This document shows, piece after piece, positions 54,144 to 63,313 of a stretch of 64,000 bases of DNA; position 1 is the stretch's first letter; every line of letters starts with the position of its first letter. A model generated the notes under the pieces. It was not told the origin of the DNA. It saw only the letters and a list, made by a program, of their open reading frames with translations, and did no database searches. Source of the DNA: Myxococcales bacterium. Its GTDB lineage: Bacteria; Myxococcota_A; Polyangia; Haliangiales; Haliangiaceae. The position numbers and the translations under genes were made by a program. The DNA is taken from positions 629,625 to 693,624 of the forward strand of contig JADJGV010000034.1 in NCBI GenBank assembly GCA_016707895.1. Direction: 5' to 3'.

Positions 54144-54210
54144 CGCCGGCGATGGTACGCAGGCCGGCGATTGTCGCAACCGATCGCGCGCGCCGGTTGT
54201 CGCACCGCCC

Positions 54211-56640
54211 ATGCGTCCACTCGTGTGTGCGGTCGTGCTCGCCCTCCTGGCCGCGCCGGCGTCGGCCGACGTCCTCGGCGCCGCTCTCGATCAACCGCTG
54301 ACCGAGGTGTCGCACGCCGTCGACGTGTCGGTCGTCGACGGGATCGCGACCTACAAGGTCCAGCGGGTGTTCGCCAACGGCGGCACCAAGGCCGACGAGG
54401 TACGCCTCGAGATCGATCTGCCCTACGGCGGCGCCGCCACCGGGCTGCGCATCCGGGCCCGCGATCGCTGGTACGACGGCGAGCTGATGGAGGCCGAGAA
54501 GGCCGAGAAGCTGTACCTGGAGCTCACCGGCAAGGGCCGCTGGGAGCCCAAGGACCCGGCGCTGCTGTACTGGCGGTGGGCCGACAAGCTGCGGCTGCGG
54601 GTGTTCCCGGTCATGCCCGGCGGCACCAGCACCGTCGAGTACACGCTGACCGTGCCGACGCGCTACGAGCGCGGCAAGGTGTTCCTGTCGTACCCGCGGC
54701 TGGCCGAGGGCGCCGCCGACAACCTCGCGGTGCCGGTGTTCACGATCCGCCCGGGCTGGGGCAACGCGATGACCGCGATCAAGATCGACGGCGCGCGCAA
54801 GGCGCCCGGCGCGCCGATCGTGCTGGCTCGGCCGACCGAGCCGGCGTGGCTCGCGGCGATCAGCCACACCAGCGGCGCCAGCTACGTGGCGAGCGTGGTC
54901 GAGGTCGAGGACACCGCGCCGGCGCGCCGCGCCTTCGCCAAGGCCACCGTCACGCTCGACATCGAGCACACCTACCGGAGCGATCTGCGGGTCGCGCTGA
55001 TCACGCCCAAGGGCGACGAGGTCGAGGTCTTCGACGGCAGCGGCGGCAGCGACAACGACGTCCGCGGCGCGTTCCCCGTCGACCTGCCGGCCAAGACCGC
55101 GGGCGTCGGCGCGTGGCGCCTGGTGGTCTCGGATCACGCGGCGCTCGACGCCGGCACGCTGACCGCGTGGAAGCTGACGCTGGGCGACAAGGCGCCGGTG
55201 GTCGTCGACGCCAGCGACCTGCCGCTGTTCATCCCCGACGCGCCCGAGAACGAGTCCGACGGCGGCGTCGCGATGATCGAGCTGGCGCCGCCGCCGATCG
55301 ACGCGGTGGCCAACCGCTACGGCAAGGTGGTGGCGTCGAAGGCCCACGCCTTCGGGCGTCTCGAGATCGACGCCGCGCCCGAGCTGCGGCCGCTGCCCAA
55401 GAAGGCGCAGGTGGTGTTCGCGATCGACGCCTCGTACTCGATGGACGTCGAGGGCGTCGCCAGCCAGGTCGCGCTGATCAAGGGCTACCTGGCCCACGTC
55501 CCCGACGCCGAGGTCGAGGTGGTCGTCTATCGCCGCGCCGCGGCCCGGCTGTTCGGCGGCTTCGTCCCGGCCGGCCAGGTCGCGGCCAGGCTGGCCGCCG
55601 CCGAGCAGGCCGGCCGGCTGGCGCCGGGCAACGGCAGCGCGCTCGACGAGGGCGCGAAGCTGGCGGCGGCGCTCTTGGCCACCCGCAAGGGCGCGCTGCG
55701 GATGGTGCTGACCACCGACAACCGGCTGCGCGGCCGCTGGACCAACGACCTCGCGCTGGCCGGCCTGGCCGCGGCGCCGGCCGGCGCGGTGGTCCACGTC
55801 GTCGAGGCCAACCCGGAGGGCTTCGCGGTCGAGCTGACGCGGGACGACGCGCACCCGCTGGCGCCGCTGGCGCTGACCCACCACGGCATCGCCGCCACCG
55901 TCGTCGGGCTGGGCATCGGCGACAAGCGGCTGAGCGAGCGCGTGCTCGGGCTGGTGCGCCCGGTGCGGATCGATCACTTCGCGATCGGCGGCCTCGACCT
56001 GGTCAACGGCAAGTACGACCAGTCGATCCCCGACGTGCTCGACGAGGGCGCCGGGCTGCGGGTGGTGGTCGCCGCCGCCGCCGCGCCCGACAAGGTCGAG
56101 CTCACCGGCATGATCTGGGGCGACAAGTTCCGCCGGGTGGTCACCGCCGACGCGGCGTTCTCGAAGGCCGCCGCGGCGTGGGTGTTCTCCGAGGACGATC
56201 ACCAGGAGCTGTCGCACGAAGAGATGATGACGGTGGCGATGATGGGCAAGGCGGTGTCGCCGGTGACCTCGTACCTGGCCACCGAGCCCGGCGTGCGGCC
56301 GTCGGTGATCGGCCTCGAGGAGGGCCTGGCCGGCTTCGGCGTCGGCTCGGGCATGGGCGGCATGGGCATGTCCGGCGTCGGCGGGGTGCCGCTGGCGCCG
56401 CCCGACCCGATGACGCTCCTGGCCCGCGCCGCCGCCGCGTGCGTCAAGCGGCACCAGCCCGCCGCCGGCTGGGCGGTGCACCTCGACATGGAGACCACCG
56501 GCCACGAGGTCGTCGACGTGGTGCCCGGCGCTGGCGCGACCACGCCGGTCGGCGCGTGCCTGATCGAGGCGGTGTGGGCGCTGCCGCTGCCGACCAGCTA
56601 CGTCGCCGCGCGCGCGACGCACCCGCTCGACTTCCAGTGA
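54211..56640 (+). CDS. Secreted VIT-domain / von Willebrand factor A protein with an internal proprotein-convertase P-domain
   Basis: Signal peptide; N-terminal VIT-like region; P-domain-like block (RSDLRVALITPKGDEVEVFDGSGGSDNDVRGAFPVDL...WRLVVSD...GTLTAWKLTL); vWA MIDAS VVFAIDASYSMD. Confidence 0.75.
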   Translation: MRPLVCAVVLALLAAPASADVLGAALDQPLTEVSHAVDVSVVDGIATYKVQRVFANGGTKADEVRLEIDLPYGGAATGLRIRARDRWYDGELMEAEKAEKLYLELTGKGRWEPKDPALLYWRWADKLRLRVFPVMPGGTSTVEYTLTVPTRYERGKVFLSYPRLAEGAADNLAVPVFTIRPGWGNAMTAIKIDGARKAPGAPIVLARPTEPAWLAAISHTSGASYVASVVEVEDTAPARRAFAKATVTLDIEHTYRSDLRVALITPKGDEVEVFDGSGGSDNDVRGAFPVDLPAKTAGVGAWRLVVSDHAALDAGTLTAWKLTLGDKAPVVVDASDLPLFIPDAPENESDGGVAMIELAPPPIDAVANRYGKVVASKAHAFGRLEIDAAPELRPLPKKAQVVFAIDASYSMDVEGVASQVALIKGYLAHVPDAEVEVVVYRRAAARLFGGFVPAGQVAARLAAAEQAGRLAPGNGSALDEGAKLAAALLATRKGALRMVLTTDNRLRGRWTNDLALAGLAAAPAGAVVHVVEANPEGFAVELTRDDAHPLAPLALTHHGIAATVVGLGIGDKRLSERVLGLVRPVRIDHFAIGGLDLVNGKYDQSIPDVLDEGAGLRVVVAAAAAPDKVELTGMIWGDKFRRVVTADAAFSKAAAAWVFSEDDHQELSHEEMMTVAMMGKAVSPVTSYLATEPGVRPSVIGLEEGLAGFGVGSGMGGMGMSGVGGVPLAPPDPMTLLARAAAACVKRHQPAAGWAVHLDMETTGHEVVDVVPGAGATTPVGACLIEAVWALPLPTSYVAARATHPLDFQ

Positions 56641-56742
56641 AGGCCGGGCGGCCACGGCGCCGCCGCGCAAGGTTTCTTCACGTCCGCGGCGGCACTGGCG
56701 CAACGTCGGGCCCGCAGCTTGGGTAGCGAAAAGGAGCTACTC

Positions 56743-57258
56743 ATGCTGTGTCTCGCACTCGGTCTCGGAGTCCTCGGCGCCATCGGCTTCGCGCGCATGC
56801 ACCGGCGCCACCACGGCTGGCACGGCGGCGGTTGCCACGGCGGCGGTTGCCACGGCGGCGGTTGCCACGGCGGCCACGGCCACCACCACGGCGGCTGGCG
56901 CCACCGCCGCGCCCGCCGCTGGATGCTGGGCCGGATGTTCGAGCGCATCGACGCAAGCCCCGCGCAGGAGCGGGCGCTGGTGGCCGAGCTCGATCAGCTC
57001 GAGCAGCGGCTGCGCACCGCCCGCGGCAACCTGACCGCGCTGCGGCCGACGCTGGCCGAGGCGCTGCACGCCGACACGCTCGACGCCACCGCGGCGGCCG
57101 GCCTCGAGGCCGGGGTCGACGCGGCGATCGCCGACGCCCGCGCCGCGCTGTTCGACTCGCTGCGCGCGATCCACGGGCTGCTCGATCCCAAGCAGCGCGC
57201 CACCCTCGCGGCGATGCTCGGCGGCGCGGCCCGCGGCGCCGGCCCCTACCGCGTCTGA
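56743..57258 (+). CDS. CpxP/Spy/ZraP-like periplasmic protein with N-terminal His/Gly/Cys-rich metal-binding repeat (HGGGC x3, HGHHHGGWRH)
   Basis: Strong RBS AAGGAG 6 nt upstream of ATG; TM/signal segment; C-terminal helical domain with LTxxQ-like motif LLDPKQRATL; immediately upstream of two-component system. Confidence 0.7.
   Translation: MLCLALGLGVLGAIGFARMHRRHHGWHGGGCHGGGCHGGGCHGGHGHHHGGWRHRRARRWMLGRMFERIDASPAQERALVAELDQLEQRLRTARGNLTALRPTLAEALHADTLDATAAAGLEAGVDAAIADARAALFDSLRAIHGLLDPKQRATLAAMLGGAARGAGPYRV
56821..56865 (+). repeat. 3 x 15-bp perfect tandem repeat cacggcggcggttgc encoding HGGGC
   Basis: Direct inspection of sequence inside the CpxP-like gene. Confidence 0.8.
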
Positions 57259-57288
57259 GCGCGGCAACCGTGCGAGGATGAACGCCCG

Positions 57289-57975
57289 ATGCGGGTCCTG
57301 CTCATCGACGACGACGCCCGGCTCGCCGAGCTGCTCGTCGCGTACCTGGCGCCGCAGGGCGTCGCGCTCACCCACGCGCCCGGCGGCCAGGCCGGGCTGG
57401 CCCAGGTCGCGGCCGGCGGCTGGGACGCGGTCCTGCTCGACGTGATGATGCCGGGGCTCGACGGCCTGGCGGTGCTGCGCCAGCTGCGCGCCAAGGACGC
57501 GCGGCTGCCGGTGCTGATGCTCACCGCGCGCGGCGACGAGTCGGATCGTGTCGTCGGGCTCGAGCTCGGCGCCGACGACTACGTCGCCAAGCCGTTCTCG
57601 CCGCGCGAGCTCCTGGCCCGGCTGCGCGCGGTGGTGCGGCGGGCCACGCCGAGCGCGGTCGCGGCGCGGATCGCCGCCGCCGGCATCGAGGTCGACGTCG
57701 CCGGCCGGCAGGCGTGGGTCGACGGCGCGCCGCTCGAGCTGACCGCGCTCGAGCTCGACCTGCTGACGGTGCTGGTGCAGCGCGCCGGCCGGGTCGTGCC
57801 GCGGGCCGCGCTGCTCGAGCTGGCCGGCCGCGACGACACCACCGTCGGCGATCGCACGATCGACGTCCACATCTCGCGGTTGCGCAAGAAGCTGGGCGAG
57901 CCGGCCGCGGCGCGGCTCAAGACCGTGCGCGGCATCGGCTACACGCTGGCCCGCGGCGCCGACGAGGCGCCGTGA
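57289..57975 (+). CDS. OmpR-family two-component response regulator
   Basis: Receiver domain (LLIDDD, phospho-acceptor D in LLDVMMPG, KPF) and C-terminal winged helix (RTIDVHISRLRKKL). Confidence 0.9.
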   Translation: MRVLLIDDDARLAELLVAYLAPQGVALTHAPGGQAGLAQVAAGGWDAVLLDVMMPGLDGLAVLRQLRAKDARLPVLMLTARGDESDRVVGLELGADDYVAKPFSPRELLARLRAVVRRATPSAVAARIAAAGIEVDVAGRQAWVDGAPLELTALELDLLTVLVQRAGRVVPRAALLELAGRDDTTVGDRTIDVHISRLRKKLGEPAAARLKTVRGIGYTLARGADEAP

Positions 57976-59018
57976 GATCGCGGCGGCGCTGGCGCGAGGA
58001 GCTGCGCGCCGAGCGCGAGTTCTGGCGGCGCCACCACGCGATGCACCACGCGATGCACCACGCGCGGCGCCACCGCCACGGGCCGTGGTGGCTGCAGGGC
58101 AAGCTGCGGCTGCGCATCTTCCTCGGCTTCGGCGTGGCGCTGGCCGCCGGCGCGTGGGTCGGCGCGCGCCAGCCGCACTGGTGGCAGCTCGCGCTGATCC
58201 TGTCGGCGCTGTGGATGGTGGCGGGCGCGATGGCGTGGCGGCTGACCCGGCCGCTGGTGGTGACGATCGCCGCGGCCCGGGCGATCGGCGACGGCAAGCT
58301 CGACACCCGGGTCGACGTCGGCCACCGCGGCGAGCTGGCGATCCTCGCGAGCGCGCTCAACCACATGGCGGCGCGCATCGAGCAACAGCTGCGCGATCAG
58401 AAGGCGCTCCTGGCCGCGGTCTCGCACGAGCTGCGCACGCCGCTGGGCCACCTGCGGGTGATGATCGAGACCGCGCGCGAGCAGGCCGACTGGCGCGCCC
58501 TCGACGCGGTCGAGCGGGAGCTGCTGGCGCTCGACGATCTGGTGGCGCGGCTCCTGGCGTCGTCGCGCCTCGAGTTCGGGCGGATCGAGCGGCGGCCGCT
58601 CGACGTCGCGGCGCTCACCGCCGACGTCGCGCTGGCCAGCGGGGTCTCGGCCGACGTGATCGCCGCCGAGGGCGACGCCACCGCGGCGATCGATCCGACG
58701 CTGGTGCGCCGCGCGATCGCCAACCTGATCGACAACGCCGCCCGCCACGGCGGCGGCGTGACCGCGATCCGCATCGAGCGGCGCGCCGACGAGGTGGTGG
58801 TCGAGGTCGACGACGCCGGCCCCGGGCTGCCCGCCGATCGGGTCGGCGACGTCGGCCGCGCGTTCGTGCCGTCGACCGGCGGCGGCCTGGGCTTGGGCCT
58901 GGCGCTGGTCGCGCGGATCGCCGCCGCCCACGACGGCCGGAGCTGGGCCGGCGAGCGCCCCGGCGGCGGCGCCCGGGTCGGGCTGAGCCTCGCGGTGGCG
59001 CCGCGCGCCGAGCCGTGA
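57972..59018 (+). CDS. Sensor histidine kinase with His-rich N-terminal cytoplasmic segment (HHAMHHAMHHARRHRH), two TM helices, HAMP, HisKA, HATPase
   Basis: H-box AAVSHELRTPL, N-box LIDNAARHG, G-boxes DDAGPGLP / GGGLGLGL; GTG start overlapping RR stop (GTGA). Confidence 0.85.
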   Translation: MRSRRRWREELRAEREFWRRHHAMHHAMHHARRHRHGPWWLQGKLRLRIFLGFGVALAAGAWVGARQPHWWQLALILSALWMVAGAMAWRLTRPLVVTIAAARAIGDGKLDTRVDVGHRGELAILASALNHMAARIEQQLRDQKALLAAVSHELRTPLGHLRVMIETAREQADWRALDAVERELLALDDLVARLLASSRLEFGRIERRPLDVAALTADVALASGVSADVIAAEGDATAAIDPTLVRRAIANLIDNAARHGGGVTAIRIERRADEVVVEVDDAGPGLPADRVGDVGRAFVPSTGGGLGLGLALVARIAAAHDGRSWAGERPGGGARVGLSLAVAPRAEP

Positions 59019-59021
59019 GCG

Positions 59022-60401
59022 TCAGCCCGCGAGCGTGAGGATCGCGATCGCCGCGTCGAGCCGGGTCGCGGCCTGATCGTCGGCCAGCGCGCCCCACAGG
59101 CCGGCGGTGATGGCGCCGGCGCCGACGTGGGCCTGCACCACCGCGCGCCGCACGTCGGCGTCGGGCGAGCCGGCGAGCTCGGTGAGGATCGCCGCGCCGT
59201 GCGGGTCGCCGAGCCGCGCCAGCTCGGCGGCGGCGTCGGCGCGATCGGCCGGGGCCGCGGTCGCCGCGAGCGCGGTCAGCGCGGTGAGCGCGGCGCCGTG
59301 CTGACCCAGGTACGCCAGCGCGCGGGCCGCGGCCAGCTTCACCGTCGGCGCCGGATCGGCGAGCGCCGCGGTGGCGCGGGCGATCGCCGCGTCCTGCGGC
59401 AGCGCCGCGGCCAGCAGGTTGACCACGCCGGCGCGGGTGCCGACGTCGGTGGCGCCCAGCGCGCGATCGAACACCGCCACCGCGGCGGCGCGATCGCCGC
59501 GCCGGTGCGCCGCGGTCGCCGCCACCATCGGATCGGCGTGGGCGAGCAGCGCCTCGAGCGCCGGCTTGCCGCCGGCCTTGGCCACCAGCGCCACCGCGGC
59601 CAGCCGCACGGCGAGCGACTCGTCGGCCAGGAAGCGCGTCGCGTCGGGCAGGGCCGCCCGGCCACCGCCGCCGGCGGCCAGCGCCGCGATCGCCGCGGCC
59701 CGGACCTCGGCCGCGCCGTCGCCGGTCATCGTCACCAGCTCGGCCGCGCCGTCGCCGCCGACCGTGCCCAGGTAGCGCGCGACCGCGGCTCGCACCTGCG
59801 GGTCGGGATCGCCGGCCAGCGGCCGCAGGTCGTCGATCGCCAGCCGCCGGACCTTGCGGCCGATGCCTTCGACGGCGATCGCCCGGGCCCGCGGGTCGTC
59901 GGAGCGCAGCATCTGCTGGGCGACGTCGGGGGCCTGGCCGAACGAGCGCAGCACCGCCACCGCCGCCGCCGCCGCCACCGCGTCGTCGTCGTCGCCCATC
60001 GCCTTGCCGACGTCCTCGGCCAGCTCCTCGAGCTCGAGGCGCTCGATCGCGCGGATCGCGGTCAGCCGCAGCGCCGCCGACGGCGACGTCACGCCCTGCC
60101 ACACGGTGGTCAGCGCCATCGTGCGCAGCGCCTTGCGATCGTCGGTGCCGCCGTGCTGCGCGCGCCACGCCCGGTAGTCGGCCACCGCGCGGCCGGGATC
60201 GCCCAGGCCGAGCAGCGCGCGCAGCCGGATGCGGTGCAGCTCGGCGTCGCCGGGGTGCTTGGACAGCTCGGCCGCGGTGTAGTCCGAGGCGCCGCGGTAG
60301 TCCCCGCGGGCCAGGAGCGTGTTGGCGTGCTGGACCGACGCCGACGGCCCGCAGGCGGTGGCGGCGATCACGACGAGGGACAGGAGCAGGGCAGGGCGCA
60401 T
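59022..60401 (-). CDS. HEAT/PBS-lyase-like repeat lipoprotein
   Basis: Lipobox IAATAC; repeated DP..VR.AA..AL modules. Confidence 0.7.
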   Translation of the reverse strand: MRPALLLSLVVIAATACGPSASVQHANTLLARGDYRGASDYTAAELSKHPGDAELHRIRLRALLGLGDPGRAVADYRAWRAQHGGTDDRKALRTMALTTVWQGVTSPSAALRLTAIRAIERLELEELAEDVGKAMGDDDDAVAAAAAVAVLRSFGQAPDVAQQMLRSDDPRARAIAVEGIGRKVRRLAIDDLRPLAGDPDPQVRAAVARYLGTVGGDGAAELVTMTGDGAAEVRAAAIAALAAGGGGRAALPDATRFLADESLAVRLAAVALVAKAGGKPALEALLAHADPMVAATAAHRRGDRAAAVAVFDRALGATDVGTRAGVVNLLAAALPQDAAIARATAALADPAPTVKLAAARALAYLGQHGAALTALTALAATAAPADRADAAAELARLGDPHGAAILTELAGSPDADVRRAVVQAHVGAGAITAGLWGALADDQAATRLDAAIAILTLAG

Positions 60402-60520
60402 GGCGGACTCCGACGGCAAGGATGCACCGCCCGACCCGGGCGGGCCAGGCGCGCGTGCCTGAGGTGTGTGCCTGCGTAGTGGCGGCGCCCGCCGCCGCGG
60501 TTACGTGCTACCCACAGCGC

Positions 60521-61213
60521 GTGACGCTGCGCGCGATCCTCTTCGATCTCGATGGCACCCTGGTCGACAGCGAGGCCGACTACGCCGAGGCCATCGCCCG
60601 CTGCGTCGCCCGCGAGTTCGCGATCACGCTCACCGCCGCCGATCGCGCCTACGGCACCGGCCGCTCGTGGGTCGCGATCCACGCGTACCTGCGCGAGCGC
60701 TACCCGGCGCTGGCCTGGGATCGCGACGCGTTGATCGCCGCGACCGCCGCCGAGAGCCGGGCGCTGTTCGCCGAGCGCGGCATCACCGTGCTCCCCGGGG
60801 CCCACGCCGCGGTGGCGCGGTTCGACGCCTTCGCCCGGGGCCTGGTGACCGGCAGCTCGCGGGCCGAGGCCGGGCACATGCTCGAGCTCCTGCGCCTGAG
60901 CGACGCGTTCGCGATCACGCTGTGCGCCGAGGACGTGCCGCGGTCCAAGCCGGCGCCCGACGGCTACCTGGCGGCGTGCGCCCACCTCGGCGTCGCGCCG
61001 GCCGAGGCGCTGGTCATCGAGGACTCGGCGGCCGGGTGCGCCGCCGGCCGCGCCGCCGGCTGCGCGGTGGTCGCGGTGCGGGCCGGCAACCGCGGCGGGC
61101 AAGATCAGGGCGCGGCCCACGTCGTGGTCGACACCCTCGACGCGATCACCATCGAGCTGGCCCACGAGGTGGCGCGATCGGTCGACCGTGGGTATGGTGC
61201 GCCGACGGCATGA
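60521..61213 (+). CDS. HAD-IA family hydrolase (phosphatase/beta-phosphoglucomutase-like)
   Basis: ILFDLDGTLVDS motif I, VTGSS motif II, IEDSAAG motif III; GTG start assumed at VTLRAILFD. Confidence 0.75.
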   Translation: MTLRAILFDLDGTLVDSEADYAEAIARCVAREFAITLTAADRAYGTGRSWVAIHAYLRERYPALAWDRDALIAATAAESRALFAERGITVLPGAHAAVARFDAFARGLVTGSSRAEAGHMLELLRLSDAFAITLCAEDVPRSKPAPDGYLAACAHLGVAPAEALVIEDSAAGCAAGRAAGCAVVAVRAGNRGGQDQGAAHVVVDTLDAITIELAHEVARSVDRGYGAPTA

Positions 61214-62142
61214 AGCTCCCGCCGCGCGTCACCGTGTACGAGGTCGGGCCCCGCGATGGCCTGCAGAACGAGGCGCGGCACGTGCCGACCGCCGAGAAGA
61301 TCGCGTTCATCACGGCGCTGATCGACAGCGGCCTCTCGCGCATCGAGATCACCAGCTTCGTCAGCCCCAAGTGGATCCCGCAGCTGGCCGACGCCGCCGA
61401 GGTCGCGCGCGGCGTGCCGCGCAAGGAGGGCGTCGTGCTGTCGTGCCTGGTGCCCAACCGCCGCGGGCTCGACACCGCGCTGGCCGCCGGGATGCGCGAG
61501 GTCGCGGTGTTCATGTCGGCGTCGGAGACGCACAACAAGAAGAACGTCAACAAGACGATGCGCGAGACGCTGGCGGCGTTCGCCGACGTCGTGCCGCCCG
61601 CGCTGGCCGCCGGCGTGCCGGTGCGCGCGTACCTGTCGACGTGCTTCGGCTGTCCCTACGAGGGCGACGTCGATCCCGCGGTGGTGGTCGAGCTGTGCCG
61701 CGAGCTGCGGGCGATGGGCGTCTACCAGGTCTCGGTGTCCGACACGATCGGCGTCGCCAACCCGGCGCAGGTCGAGGACGTGCTCAGCCGGGTGCTGACC
61801 GAGGTGCCGCTCGAGGCGGTGGCGGTGCACTTCCACGACACCCAGGGCACCGCGCTGGCCAACTGCGTCACCGCGCTGCAGCTCGGCGTCACCACGATCG
61901 ACTCGTCGGTCGGCGGCCTCGGCGGCTGCCCCTACGCGCCCGGCGCCTCGGGCAACCTCGCCACCGACGATCTGGTCGGCATGCTGCACTCGATGGGCAT
62001 CGCGACCGGCATCGATCTCGACAAGCTGGTCATCGCCGCGCGCCAGGCCGCCACGTTCATCGGCCACGACCTGCCGTCGAAGTTCCTCAAGGCCTACCTC
62101 GGCAAGCAGGCGCGCGCGCGCCGCCGCGCCGAGCTGGGCTGA
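61210..62142 (+). CDS. Hydroxymethylglutaryl-CoA lyase
   Basis: VGPRDGLQNE, TSFVSPKWIPQ, HFHDTQG, GLGGCPYAPGASGN motifs; ATG overlaps HAD stop (ATGA). Confidence 0.9.
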   Translation: MKLPPRVTVYEVGPRDGLQNEARHVPTAEKIAFITALIDSGLSRIEITSFVSPKWIPQLADAAEVARGVPRKEGVVLSCLVPNRRGLDTALAAGMREVAVFMSASETHNKKNVNKTMRETLAAFADVVPPALAAGVPVRAYLSTCFGCPYEGDVDPAVVVELCRELRAMGVYQVSVSDTIGVANPAQVEDVLSRVLTEVPLEAVAVHFHDTQGTALANCVTALQLGVTTIDSSVGGLGGCPYAPGASGNLATDDLVGMLHSMGIATGIDLDKLVIAARQAATFIGHDLPSKFLKAYLGKQARARRRAELG

Positions 62143-62145
62143 GAC

Positions 62146-62400
62146 ATGCGGAGGGTTTCTCGCGAAACCCTCCCCCCGGCATTCGCCGGGGCCCCCCTCC
62201 CAAGACGGCCCAGATCCTCGGCGCGTCTGTCCGAGCCTTTCGCTGGGGCCGAAACGGCCGAAGGCCGGATCCGCGTGGACCCGGCCTTCGTCTCGCAGTC
62301 TCCTGTGCCCCGTGCCGAACGCTCTCGCGTTTCGGGTGGGGGCCCCACGTCTTGTGGGGGAGGGGCTTTGCGAAAGCCCCTCCAGGAAACAGGATCTCAG
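62146..62400. repeat. REP-like intergenic repeats, copies C and D in inverted (tail-to-tail) orientation, with additional hairpins between them
   Basis: Forward copy: GGAGGGTTTC-tcgc-GAAACCCTCC, CCCCGGCattcGCCGGGG, CCTCCCAAGACG. Reverse copy (as revcomp): GGAGGGGCTTTcgcAAAGCCCCTCC ... CCCACAAGACG ... ACCCGAAACGCGAGAGCG. Confidence 0.7.
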
Positions 62401-63179
62401 CCGCCGATCTGCCACTCGCCGCCGACGCGGACGTAGACGTTGCCGCGCAGCTCCCAGCGCACCGGCGCCCAGCGGTGGCCGGCCTTGGCGCGCTCCCAGT
62501 GGCCGGGGACCCACTCGTACTGGCGGGCCTGCTCGCTCCACGCGTAGGCGCCCTCGATCCAGACGTAGCCGCGGCGCGCCGCGCCGGGGTTCTCGACGCG
62601 CGGCGGGGGCGGCGCCATCGTCGGACCGACGATGACGACCTGGCCGCCCGACGAGATCACCGTGCCGGCGCCGTTGGTGGCGATCACGCCGCCCTGGCCG
62701 TTGTTGACGATGACGCCGCCGTTGCCGCCGACCACGCCGCCATTGCCGCCCACCACCACGCCGCCGCCACCGGGCTGGTCGTAGCGGTGATCCTGGTTGT
62801 GCGGATCGATCACGGTGCCGCCGCCGCCGCCGGTGACGACCACGCCGCCGCCGACCACGACCCAGCTGCCGTCGACCCAGTGCCAGCTACCGTTGCGCGG
62901 CTCCCAGCGGCCGTCGTTCCAGGCGTAGCCAGAGCGCTCGCGCTCCCAGTGGCCATCGACCCACACCCACTGGCCGCCCTGCCACTGCCAGTTGCCCTTG
63001 ACCCACACGTGGCCGCTCATCGGCTGCGGGTTCTCGGCGCGCGGGGGCGGCGGTTGATCGTAGGCGACGACGGCGCCAGTGGCGATGCGGCCCCGGGCCG
63101 TGACGACGCAGGCGGGGAGCGTGGTGCCGAGCAGGGCCGCGAGGCCCAGGGTCGACAGGATCCGACGGGTACGGTTCAT
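62397..63179 (-). CDS. Lipoprotein with internal Trp-rich repeats (W..G.W.WV.G.W) and Gly-rich (GGNGGV) repeats
   Basis: AAGGAG RBS 7 nt upstream of ATG; lipobox TLPAC; repeated YVW..G.W.W / HWER modules. Confidence 0.7.
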   Translation of the reverse strand: MNRTRRILSTLGLAALLGTTLPACVVTARGRIATGAVVAYDQPPPPRAENPQPMSGHVWVKGNWQWQGGQWVWVDGHWERERSGYAWNDGRWEPRNGSWHWVDGSWVVVGGGVVVTGGGGGTVIDPHNQDHRYDQPGGGGVVVGGNGGVVGGNGGVIVNNGQGGVIATNGAGTVISSGGQVVIVGPTMAPPPPRVENPGAARRGYVWIEGAYAWSEQARQYEWVPGHWERAKAGHRWAPVRWELRGNVYVRVGGEWQIGG

Positions 63180-63313
63180 CTCGAGTCTCCTTTAGGTCGT
63201 CCAGCCGGAGCGTCCGGGCCGGGAACAACTCTTGGACGGCCAGGTCCATGATTGTTTCAACCGCGAGTATTCCCACCCGCGATCGTCCTGTCAACGCACC
63301 GGGTTCCGCGAAC

